This document shows, piece after piece, positions 39,501-51,389 of a stretch of DNA of 64,000 nt (its first letter is position 1; each line of letters begins with the position of its first letter). The DNA is from Geosiphon pyriformis uo1 (lineage: Eukaryota > Fungi > Glomeromycota). A model generated the notes under the pieces. It searched no databases, was not told the origin of the DNA, and saw nothing but the letters and a program-made list of their open reading frames with translations. The stretch covers positions 540,604 through 604,603 of the forward strand of contig JAAOMT010000226.1 in NCBI GenBank assembly GCA_016748015.1, in the 5' to 3' direction. The translations under genes were made by a program, and so were the position numbers.

Positions 39501-39890
39501 TCTAGATTTTATTAATTAAAATTATTAATATCAAAAATTACCAAATTTTTATATAATGAGACTAACAATAAATTCAATTTTTTAATAAGCTACTAAGTAT
39601 CTTTAAACAGTAATAATGCTTTAAGTATTTAAATTTTGTTGGATTCTGGTTCTGATTTTAATTGTATAAGATTCTCTTTTTTTAAAGTAAAAAAATCATA
39701 TTATGCCTCCAAACTTGCTAAATTTCTAAGAGTTAAAGAACTATTTATCAGATCTGTTATTGACAAATAAATAAAAAGCTTTACTATTAATAAGAATTAC
39801 ATAATTAGGAATATATTAAAGTGTTTTTTTTGAAAAGTTGTATTAAATTATTTAGTTGTTGATAATGAATTGGTTCTGAATTCTGATAAA
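36540..39890 (+). mobile_element. Strongly AT-eroded LINE of the same family: ORF1 remnant plus APE part of ORF2, 3'-truncated
   Basis: 38703-38903 (SGYLDFGIIII..LTKHVYKISEI..IKLFFKNKLSMLILGLY) aligns to young-copy GYLGAGVAVV..LAKHVSKVSEV..IKLLFKNRLSVSILGLY. Homology continues to VVDNELVL near 39880. Eroded Cys-knuckle-like motif near 37925. Left boundary approximate. Confidence 0.8.
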
Positions 39891-40349
39891 TATTTTTTAA
39901 ATATTTTAACAATTAAATAAATATGATTATAACAGAATAAATATTAATTTAGAATTTACAATATTAATTTTTATTAATAATAAAATTTGACATATATAAT
40001 AAATTAACAATAAATTGTTAATATTATATTATAAAAACAAAAAAATTAATTGATAATAAAAATGTGATTGTATATTACAAAAAAGATTAAGAGCACAAAA
40101 TTTATTAATAAATTTAAGAATTGCAAAAAAAATTATTTTAATCAATATTGTTTTATGCTAGTTTACTATATCAGATTATAAATTTTAATAATATTATAAT
40201 AATTATAAAAAACCAGATTTTATTTAATTTTATTAAAAATTTTTAAATCAAATAAAAAAATACAAAGAAAAAAATATGATTAAAATTTTGTTTATTTTTT
40301 AAAATAAACAAAAGAAACGTATATTTGTAATATATAATAAATACATATT

Positions 40350-41277
40350 TTATTTTAATAATTACAAAAAAGAAATTTGAACCAAAAATAAAAAATTATC
40401 ATTACACAAAAGAGAAAGATAGAATATTAATTATGATTAGTAAATTTCTTATAAATATAAATAGATAATTACAACTTAAACTTGTTAATATTCAAAATCA
40501 TTTAAAGCCAATAAAAAAGATAAAAGATATTGAATTGTTGAAAATTTAATTAAACAATTAGAAAAAAAAGCAATTTTAATTTTTAAAATATTTTATTCAG
40601 ATTGTATAGATATTTTTGTTTTTTAAATTATGTAGCATACCAAAAAGATGCTTTAGTAGCACAGTAAAAATTAGTTTTAAATCTGGTGGAAAACAACCAA
40701 AAATGTATAATACATATTTTGGACCAAATAATCAATATTAATCAATGGTATTTCAAATTATTCTAATAAAAAATTAAGAGAACCTAAAGAGATGCATCAA
40801 GTTTTATTAAAAAAATGATCAGTCAAAGGACTTTTGGCTGAATGCAAAGAATGCAAAAATAAAAATAAAAACACTTTTTTGTTGTGCACACTGAGTAATT
40901 TCTTTGGAACCAAATTTTTTAGCACAAAAAAGTGCAATTGCAGAAGTAATTAAAAAAGCAGAATACAAATCTATTTTTTATCCTAAATTTCATTGTGAGC
41001 TGAATTTATTGAAAGATATTAGGGAGCAGTTAAACGTTATGTCAAAGAAAATTGTGATTATTCATGGACAGGATTGCAACAAATTGTCCCTCAAAATTTC
41101 GAATCTGTGTTTTTAATTACAATTAGAAGATTTGCTAGAAAAACTTGGTGTTATATGAATCTTTATAAAAAGGGAATTTGTGGTAAACTTGCAGAATATG
41201 CAGTTAAAAAATACAAGTTTCATAGAAGAATTCCGTATAGTATTTTGGAAGAATTAAATCAAGTTTATATTGAATAA
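40350..41277 (+). pseudogene. Tc1/mariner (IS630, DDE_3-type) transposase relic
   Basis: FYPKFHCELN (counterpart of PPYSPDLNPIE) and TIRRFARKTWCYM..LAEYAVKKYKFHRRIP across frameshifts; TIRs not identified; left boundary approximate. Confidence 0.7.
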
Positions 41278-41411
41278 ATATATAATTTTATTTTAATTAA
41301 TAAAATCGTTTTCAAATTTCACCATATATGTTCTAAATAGACGCAGCTCATGAAATTTTAACACCTGACTAGTAAAATATAATAATATTTTAATTAAAAA
41401 TATGGTAATAT

Positions 41412-41491
41412 GGGTGGCTGGTCACGTGCAGAAAGCGCGCCGTAGGTATTGGAAGGACCTCACTTTATTAAAGCATTAATAATAATAAAAA
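41412..41491 (+). mobile_element. 80-bp retroposed LINE-tail-like insertion
   Basis: GGCTGGTCACGTGCAGAAAGCGC...TAGGT..GGACCTCACT..(AAT)nA matches both ends of the LINE 3' UTR; flanked by 10-bp TSD ATGGTAATAT/ATGATAATAT. Confidence 0.7.
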
Positions 41492-41843
41492 ATGATAATA
41501 TTAATTAAAAAAATTTGGGCAATAAACAATTGTATTTTAATGATTAAATAAATCAACATTTTAATGAATAAAACATATAATTTATAATTTATGATTAAGA
41601 CTTTTATTTTATTATTACATACGTACATTGTTTAATAAATGAAAAAAATATATAAATCTAACAAGAATTTAAATCAGTTATTAAATTCCCAATGAATTTA
41701 CAGGTTCTGATCGATCACATTATTTGTGAGGGTCTGATTTGCTATAAACATCATGTTCTGCTTCAAAGTTTCAAAAGTTCTTTCACCTTTTACTACCTGT
41801 AGACTTTCAATTCCGTTTGTCGCATACTTATTCTTCTGCAAAA

Positions 41844-43980
41844 ATGGTCAAAAAGAAGAGCGGAAGAACTTTAAATCCAGCAGACGCGCACCGTGAGTTC
41901 TAAATGCTCGTTTGTAAAATGTTTGTTGACTTTTGTCCCTTTGCTCATCAAGCCAGTTTTAACTGTACCCTTGAACTTGAACAACAGGAAAGGCGATGCG
42001 CCAAAAAGAAATTAAAAAGGTTAGTTTTTCTAAAAGTCATTCCCCCTTTGTTTTTCTCAAGCGATTAACTCAAATCCTTAGAATAAAGCCGAGCGGAAAA
42101 GAGTACGTACGCTTGTAATGGTGCATAAAGACACTACGAAGCTCGAGGAAGAAGTTTGGCGGTATAAAGCACTTGGTAAGGCCTTCAATGTTCTTATTTT
42201 ATGCTTAATCAATTTGTAATTAATTCATCGAATATATCAACATCCATTACACCAACTACGACCTTCTATGGCATAGATAGAGAGAAAAGACTGGATAAAA
42301 ATGGGAAAGGGAAATTAAAAGATTTACAGGATAAACTATCTAAAATCCTCGAGACGAAAAAGGTGGGTACTGAAATCTGATGCATAAATAGTTTAATGAT
42401 CAATCATTTAAACTTCAATAATTTATTCAATTTATATACCACATGGTTATATTACTCATTCACTATCTAGGCTCATGGAGTTAACAATACACCTAAGAAA
42501 GTATTTTTACTAGTTTTGATTTTTTGCGGAAAGACACATCAAATCATATATATTTTGATGGTTTCTCAGAGATAATAAACCTCGAACCGATCATACACCG
42601 ATATATTTTCATCCTACACTTAATCCTTCTGGATTGCCCCCCCCTGGAATACTTGGTAAGGAATTGGGTCAAAAAATAAAATTCAAAATAATCTAATCAT
42701 TATAAACCAAATTTTTGTAGGCCAATTACCTGGTGAGAATATTGACGAAGATGAAGATGAGAGTGAATCATCCGATGACGAAGATCACTCAGAGGGATCT
42801 GATTCCGAAGCAGGTATTCATTAGGTGTAAAACTTTCAAAAAATTTAACTGTGGTTGTCCTTGGCAAATAACTTGGAAGCATTTAGGAGGAAATGAAGAG
42901 GAATCAGAGGAAGAAATTCCCCTGCCACCTGGTTTGCCACCTGCCAACGAATCCTCCGATGATTTACCAGATCTACCACCCGGTCCTCCTCCAGTAACAA
43001 AAGATAATTCGGATGATGATGACGATGACGAGGAAGATGAAGACAATGATTTACCGGAATTACCGAGTGGTCCACCTCCAACCAATCTGCAAGTTAACAA
43101 CCACTTAACGAGAACGCTGCCGCCGCCATTTGGCTATGGGGCACCCAGTACAGGTCCTATATTTTCAGCTCTCATATCTTCTAATCCATTCGCCACTTTT
43201 TCGGGGCCACCAGGGACTTCCAATAATATTCGGTCGCAAATGAGACCTCCGCCACCACCACCATTTCCCGGAGGTCTGAAATCTTTAAGTTCTTTTCCTC
43301 GAATTAGATAAAATGTTTAACTTTTTTTTTATGTAGCATTTGCTGTACGGCCACCTCCACCTCCAATACTAATGCATCAGGTGCCTGTTCAAGCTCCTTT
43401 TCATCCCCCCCACCCATATCTCAATTCATCTCCTTCCATTACACGACCTCTGCCTATAAATTCCCTATATTCTCATTATGGGCCACCACCACCTGGAGTC
43501 CAACTGAACTCTCTATCAAGACCCTATCCCCCATCACCTGGAACACCAAACTCAGTTTCAGGCATGCCCCTAGCTAACCTTTCACCTTCCAAAATGAGTT
43601 TGCCATCCAAACCCGCCGCTTCAGCTGCTATAGCTATCCCAATTATTCAAGCTGAGCCTCAAGTGCGCAATCTTCAAAAAGAGCTTACCATCCTTGTACC
43701 ATCTGCAGTGCTACGCAAAAAAGCCGCAGCTGCTAAAACCAAGGTTGTACGACCTATGGTTAACGCTGCACCTAATATAGATGACGGCACAGATGTGATG
43801 AATCCTCCTGTTAAAAGAGCTGCCTCAACAACACTCAGTATAGTATCACAACAAGTTTCACAAGAAGAATCGCAGGATCTACAAAAGTCGGCGGCACCAC
43901 CGGCTGCGAAGAAAGCAAAGACTAAAAAGAAATACGATGAATATGAGAAGTTCATGACTGAAATGCAGGACTTATTATGA
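41844..43980 (+). CDS. WBP11: WW domain-binding protein 11 (Wbp11/Npw38BP) homolog, pre-mRNA splicing factor; multi-exon
   Basis: N-terminus MVKKKSGRTLNPADAHRKAMRQKEIKKNKAERKRVR across GT-AG introns; acidic and PPGPPP-rich middle; IQAEPQVRNLQKE..LVPSA; C-terminus DEYEKFMTEMQDLL*. Confidence 0.85.
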
Positions 43981-46490
43981 TATTACTTTTCATGAAGATA
44001 AAGCAACCTTGAACTTTGAAATTGAATACGTTTGGTTGGCTGTGAGAAATATTTTAAAGATGATTAATATACAACTAAAATGAAAGTCTGGAATTCAATA
44101 TTATAGGAAGTAGTGGATTTCAGTCCGAAAAATTTCTTTGCGATTATCCATATAATTGGAGAATTTAGGAACTTAAGGCTAAGAATTACATAATATCTTT
44201 ATGGCTATTCACTTTTTTCGATTCGCTTTAAAGACTCGCAGTCACCCTTCCCTATTTTTTTTAATAGTGAATCTTACCCACCCAACTCTCGTTTCAAAGC
44301 TTTCTGGAGCTTTTCATGAACTAAAGACATTATTTGAATAACTACACTAAACGCCAAGTGTAAAACTCAATTGTCGACCTAACTGGATTCAACGATCTAT
44401 CACAATTATCAGTGTGTCGGTACCCTTTTCCCCGATAATAGACCAAAAAGTACTTGTGGGACTTTTGGGTTCTCATGATTTCCTGTATACCTTACATCTA
44501 TTACTGTATTTTATATTTTTCTATAGAGTATTTCAAGGATATAATGAGAGAATAAGGTAAGATATTTCCGAATATCTTCAAGAATCTAATCTTCACTTTA
44601 GATGCTGAATATCATCAAAAGCAAAATGATGGAAAAAGGATCCCGAAGAACTTTGTTGAATTCAAATGTTCTATTGAAGAACTAAAACATGTAAAATTTC
44701 AAGTCAAAAATTTTATTTATTCATTATTAACTTTAACGTTTTAAATATTTTATAAGCAAAAAATAATGTAATAATTGAATTATACATACATTAAAACAGT
44801 TTTAGTCAAAATTTCTAGTTTTTAAATAAAATTATTTTTAAATTACCAAATTTTTATTATATAAGGTAAAATTAAGTTTTATAATTATTATAATCTAATT
44901 AATTTTTAAAAGTTAAAATTCTTTCTTTTTTTTAATTTTGTAAATTTTATGTTTACAACTAAAACAAAAAAAAGCAACAATTATAAAAATATTGTAAAGG
45001 CTTTTTTCTTAAATAGTACAAATTTTTTTAAATATTGTTGTTAAAATTAAATTTGTTAAATTATTTTTTATTATATAAAAAATTATAAAAACAGTAATAA
45101 AATTTTGTTTTTTTTTAAATTAAAAAATTATTGTTTTAAAACCCACTTTTAAACTCAAATTATTTAGTTTTTTGGTTGTATAATTTATAAATCAATAATA
45201 TAATTGGTTAAATTTTGTTTTATTTTTTAATTATTTAAGTTTAATTATTGTTAAAAATATGTAATTATAATTTTTGTAATTGAAAAAACTTTAAATATTG
45301 TTATTAAAAATTAATACATTAAAAAATTGTATTTAGTAAAAAATTTTTATTTATTAGCATTATTACAAATCTTAAAGTTTAAAACATTTGGTTTTATTAG
45401 TAAAGCTGTTTTTTTTTGGTTTAATTAAAATGTTTATTAAATTATTAATTTAAAAATATTGTATTATCTAATTAGTTGATTTTAGATTATATATTATATT
45501 ATTAATTAATTTGTTATTGATAATTATTGTAAAGTTTAATAAAAAATTAATTTATTAAAAACACAAATTTAAAATTAGTTTTAATATATTTAAATTAATA
45601 ATTAATAATTATTTTGTTATAAAACTAAACTTTATGTCAATTTTATTTTTAATAATTTAAGTTTAAATTAGATTAAAACATTAAAAAGTATTATTAAATA
45701 TATTTTTATACAAAAACACCATAAATAATTTAATATTTTTAAATTAAAATTAAAAAAAGCTCATGTTAAATATTTGAAAGTTTTAAAGTTATTAAAATTA
45801 AAATAAATAATAAATTAAGTTTAAATATTTAATATAATATCGATTCAATATAAATTTGAATAACTGGAAATATATAAAATAAAATATATACATATTTTAC
45901 ATAAATAATTATAATAAAACCATATTTTGTATTAATTAAGAAAAAAGATAATATATATTAAAAAATAAAATAAAATTTAATTTTATGTTAATAGAAAAAT
46001 AATTACATTAATTGTGCTAAAAATATAAATAATTATTATATTAAATAAAAATTAATACTAATATTTTATTTTATTTCCAATTTGATTATAATATTAAAAA
46101 AATAACCATTTTATGACTATTATGTTTAAATAATAAATTAAATATTAATATTAATTATAAAGCTTATTTTGAATATATATATAAAAAGTTTTATTAATTA
46201 TTTTTAATTGTGGTTAATTAGAAATTATAATTAATTGCTATTGAATAAGATTTCTTAAATAATTGCAATTTAAATTTAATTACAAATATTTTTTTTTAGT
46301 TGTCAAATTGATTAATTTTAAACTATTTTACTAATATATTATTGTTCATATTTTCAGATTTAATGTTGCAAAATTATTTGTATAAAAACCGTTTTTAATT
46401 AGCAATCTCCCAAAATATGAAATTTAACGTTCCATCTTTTTCCGAGGCTGTAGAACATAAAAATATTGAGCTTAGATATATTTGACAAAA

Positions 46491-48546
46491 ATGTCACTTA
46501 AACAACGAACAACTGGAGGCGGGACAGCAACAACCGATGAGGGCGTTAAAACTTCCGAAGGAGAAGCATATGCTCAGACGGGGCAAACCTGGGGTCGCGA
46601 AAGAGGTAAAATTTCTTAAGAAAGTAGTAGGAAATAGAAAGATAAAATATCTGGGCAAAAGGGCTATAGGATAATTTTTCAATTATAGAAAATTTAATCA
46701 TAAATTGATCGATGATTGCAAACTAAATTGGTTTCCACTTGAATTGTTCAACTCCAGATGTCAGCCCATTGACCGTATTCCTTTCCTCTATAATTTTCTA
46801 CGGTACCCCGGTAGTAACCCTATACTTTTGGATGTCATGCACACATTATCAATGCTCATTATACGCGCCAATAAAATACTTGCATGACAACAACTACACT
46901 GCCTCAGCATTCAGGACAGGCCTATGGGAGAAAATGCCTGAACTTACTCATGAAGGATTACTGATTTATTTCGGATGGATTTTTTATAATGCTGTATTGT
47001 ATGCTATTTTGCCCGCTAAGATCGGGTATGGACAACGTACACCGGCTGGTCATGTTTTGCCTTATAAAGTTAAGAAATTTTTTTTGCTCTGGTCAATGCC
47101 ATCATCATAATATATATATTTTCAACTATACGTTATTAATAAAATTTTCATGATTTTAGGTTAATGGGCTTTTGGCGTGGTTCATCACACATATAATATT
47201 CCTTTTGGGGGCATTTTATTTTGGCTGGTCAAAAGCTTCAATAATTCATGATCAATGGGGCCCTTTGCTTGTAGCCGCCAACCTGTACGGATATTTCCTT
47301 ACATTCTTTGTATTTTTGAAAGCCTACACGTTCCCGTCTCATCCTGATGATCGTAAGTTCTCAGGGAGTATGCTCTACGATCTAATGATGGGGATAGAAT
47401 TAAACCCGCGACTGGGCAAGCTATGGGATTTCAAATTATTTCATAATGGTCGTCCTGGAATAATTGCCTGGACTTTGATAAATTTGTCGTTTGCTGCTGC
47501 GCAGTATAACAAGATTGGTATATTTAAAAGATCGCAAGCAAATTTGCTGAACTTTCTCAATAACAAATTTGATTTTGGAAAATTCTTGAATAGGGTACGT
47601 GACGAACTCTATGATTTTGTTGAATATTCTACACGCGACTTATGTCTTGGATTTCTTTTTTAACGAGGATTGGTATCTTCGAACCATTGGTAAATAAATT
47701 TGAAAGGGTTATTGATTATATAGGTCATCTAATCTCTTTTGAATTATACAGATATTGCACATGATCACTTTGGATATTATTTAGCATGGGGAGATACTGT
47801 ATGGTTACCATATATGGTAAGATTTTCGAATTTTTATGTTCAATGTATGCCATTATACAAGAAACTATTTCTCAAAAAATTTATATTCCTCCCTCCTAGT
47901 ATACTTTACAATCACACTATCTTGTGCGAAATCCTGTAGATTTATCCATTCCTTACTTTCTTCTCGTGTCTACGATAGGCTCATTTGGCTACTTTATTTT
48001 CCGAGGGACAAACAGTCAAAAAGATCAAGTGCGTCAAAAGGATGGTAATTGTGAAATCTGGGGTAAACCCGCAAAATATATTCGGACACAATTCATTACC
48101 AGTGATGGCAAGAAATACTCGACTATTCTGATAACTAGCGGGTATTGGGGTACGTTTCTTAGTATCTTTAATCTTACCCTCGAAACACTATTTTTGCACC
48201 TTGAAGTTTTTTAAACATACCAATGTTTTGATTACCTAAGGTTTATCACGTCACTTTAACTACGTCGGTGACTTGCTTATCTCTTTGGCAATGTGTTTGT
48301 GTTGTGGTTTCCAACATTTGTTACCATATTTCTATATTATCTACATGATCATCTTATTGACCCATCGTATTTATCGCGATGATGCTCGATGCCGTGGTAA
48401 ATATGGTAAATATTGGGAAGAATACTGTCGCGCTGTTCCGTATAAATTAATACCGGTGAGTGAAAATATGGTTTGGGAGATCCTTTCGTTCACAAATATA
48501 TTTTTAATGCGAGCTTTATGTTTTTATTTGGTAGTATGTCTGGTAA
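46491..48546 (+). CDS. DHCR7: 7-dehydrocholesterol (sterol delta-7) reductase, ERG4/ERG24 family; multi-exon
   Basis: [102 protein letters not shown] are DHCR7-type. Last micro-exon 48535-48546. Confidence 0.9.
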
Positions 48547-48669
48547 CTAATTACCAGATAAAACTTGAATGAATTAGGGTTAAATATTAAAGGTTTAAGA
48601 GTACCCTTCATCATTTTGAAGTTATATCACAATTGAATATTAAATTACCCCATTAATCAATATCAAAAC

Positions 48670-50229
48670 CTATTTTTCACCTGGGCTATACTGGACCACA
48701 GCAAATTTTCCAGAAACTAACCAATCATCCTCTTTAGCTTTCATTTTCTCTTCCATTCCCTCAGCTAATCCAACAATAACATCTGCCTTACATGTACGCA
48801 AAGCTGCGATTGGAGGTACGACTCTCTGGCTATTCAAAGGCCCAATTGCTTCCGTAAAAGGCGTCGTGAATTCCCATTTACAATCGTAAACTAATTTACG
48901 ATAATTCAAATCTCCCTTGAAAAATATCAATGACGATTTACATAAATCTGTGAATAATTCACGCCCTTTTTCATGCAAATGCCAATATGCATAGGGGGAA
49001 ACCCAAAAATAATCGAATTTTAGGTGCCATTGATGGTTTTTCATGTATTCATTCCATCGTGATGATAGTTTTTCAATATTTGGTTCTTCAACGATTTTAT
49101 TTGAATTGAAGAAGTTGGGTTCTGTGATTGAGCTGAGAAGGGAATGGAAATCTTTAGGTGTGGCATCTGAGACAAACCATGGGATTGGTTTGGCGTGAAA
49201 GTAAACTTCAGATGCGTAACCAGCTTGGATCAACCATTCAGCCAAAATCATGTCGCCGAATAATTCGAACCCTAAATGACCCACCCCATGATATCAATTT
49301 GAAATAAACTTATTCCAATGAAGTAAACACATATAAATTCTTACCTGCGTTATCCAATACAATATCGATCCTGGCTCCCTTCAATCCTTTGAGCTTTTCC
49401 CAAATCTTATCTATTTCATTAACCAAAATATTTTTCTCTGCCTCTTTCAACGCTCCTTTGCCGGTGGTCTGCAACTTCTTCACAGCTTCACTAGTCAAAT
49501 CCGTCAATAAAGATAAATCTGTAGAGTTCCCCCACAAGGACACTTGACATAATTCGGAAAAAACAAAGCGTCGCCTTTCTTCCTCATCTTGCTTGTTTAA
49601 ATCTTCACTTTTGTTCGATTCGATCTCAATCTCAACTAACTCGTTAATTCGAATTGCGAGCTCATTAACTGCAGTATAGGATTTTCGAAATGTGTCTTCC
49701 TTTTCTCGCTTGAATGGATCATATTCACGCCAATGGGTTGTCCTTGCAAAAGCAGAATTAAGACGTCGGTAAAGATAGCATTCGGTGAATAGCCATGGAG
49801 CGCTAAACCATGTTTTCTCGGCAAAATATTTTTGATAAACGTCTTCCCAAGTATCAAAATCGGATAATTGGTCAGGAATTAGAGGTCTAAAACAAATAAA
49901 GTCAACTAATTTTCTGCCATCATCACAGCGCTAATATAATAGTCTACTCACACTAAAGGCTTATCGCGTTCAATCGCATACTTCATAGCAGATAGTTCTT
50001 CAATGATTTCTTTGGCTTCTGTCTTTTTCCTTTGCTCGGTTTCATTCGGAGAATCTTCAGATTTAAATATACTTCCCGAGAACCCTGGAATATTATAAGC
50101 GCGATAAACATCGTCGATAGTTTTCGTGATGATTACAGGCCACCTAGAGCGTGTTGTTTTATATGCAAAAGAACTTTTTTCACTTGCTATCAGCGGAGGA
50201 CGAGGTGGATTTATTGGTGATATGATCAT
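48670..50229 (-). CDS. DUF89/ARMT1-like metal-dependent damage-control phosphatase; multi-exon
   Basis: SFAYKTTRSRWPVII, LWGNSTDLS, IVLDNAG(F)EL..D, HAKPIPWFVSD, FKGDLNYRKL, LRTCKADV. Confidence 0.9.
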
Positions 50230-50534
50230 ATTGGGCCACAGACATCTGAGAGCGAAAAGGTCATTGGTTATGTGGAATGATTCAATCGATGCAAAACTAA
50301 AATCTTTATTTGTTGCTCAATCGATCTCGTGCATACGATAGTAATGGTTTCAGATCTTTGCGAAACCTATTAAAAATATTTAGCCAAAAAATTTTTGTGA
50401 TCTATTTCATCTTTTCCAAAGGTATCTCCAATTTTTTTATAAATGGACCAAAAAGCTGCCTACTGTTTGAAATTCCTAACTTTAAAAACATTTTTTTATT
50501 CCACAACACAAAATTATTTTATAAACGCGATCAG

Positions 50535-51389
50535 ATGTTAAAGGTAAAATTCGACCTTTTTCCCTGCCCCAACTTCCATTCTCTTCTCTTTATTCACTTT
50601 CTTTTGTTTCTGATATTTTTTGCAACCAATGTATCCACCACCGTTACCTCCTTGAATTCTTTCCATCTAAAACATTCTTATCGCGCGTCTAAAACTTGCA
50701 AAGTAAAGCCTTTGTACCTATTTGGAGGGAAAGCTGGCTGGACAGACGAAGATTTTAATGCAGTTGATGATAGAGTGCGTGGTGGTAACTCGACCAGTTT
50801 TTTACAAGTGACAGAAAATAATACCGCCAGATTTTATGGCTTCTTAGATACCACAACTTTAGGCGGGGCAGGTACTGTAGTTTGATAAAATTTGTTATTG
50901 AAACGACTCTAAACTAATTATTCCATCATAGGCTTTGCCTCACAGCGCACAACTTTCACATCACATACTTGGGACTTATGTTTATATACTGGACTTACAA
51001 TTACGACTCGAAAATCTGATGGGAAAACTTATGCATTAAATCTTTACACCTCCGATCGTACTACTCGCCCAGACGGGCGTCTAGAATCAGGCGTAGAATA
51101 CAAATACCTCTTCACTGCTCCAGCCGATGATGAGGAACATACTTTCTACGCTAAGTGGGACGAATTCATTCCGTACTATCGTGGAAGACCTGATCAAAAG
51201 GGTAAAAAAATAAACCCAGGGAATATCAAAGCATTCAGCTTGATGTTGGCGAGTTTGTTTGGAAAGCAAAAAGGTGATTTCTCCATAGAATTTGTTAGTA
51301 TTGTTGCCATTAGAAAAGGCAGTGGCCGTAAAATTGGAAGAGAGTGTTGTGGTGGGAAAGGTACTGAGAAATGGTGTGTCATTTTGTAA
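50535..51389 (+). CDS. CIA30 (NDUFAF1-like) domain protein with C-terminal CaaX
   Basis: LYLFGG, DDRVRGG.S, GFLDTTTLGGAGFASQR (intron 50872-50931), DGKTYALNL, FIPYYRGR, GDFSIE; ends CVIL*. Start and first-intron structure uncertain. Confidence 0.8.
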
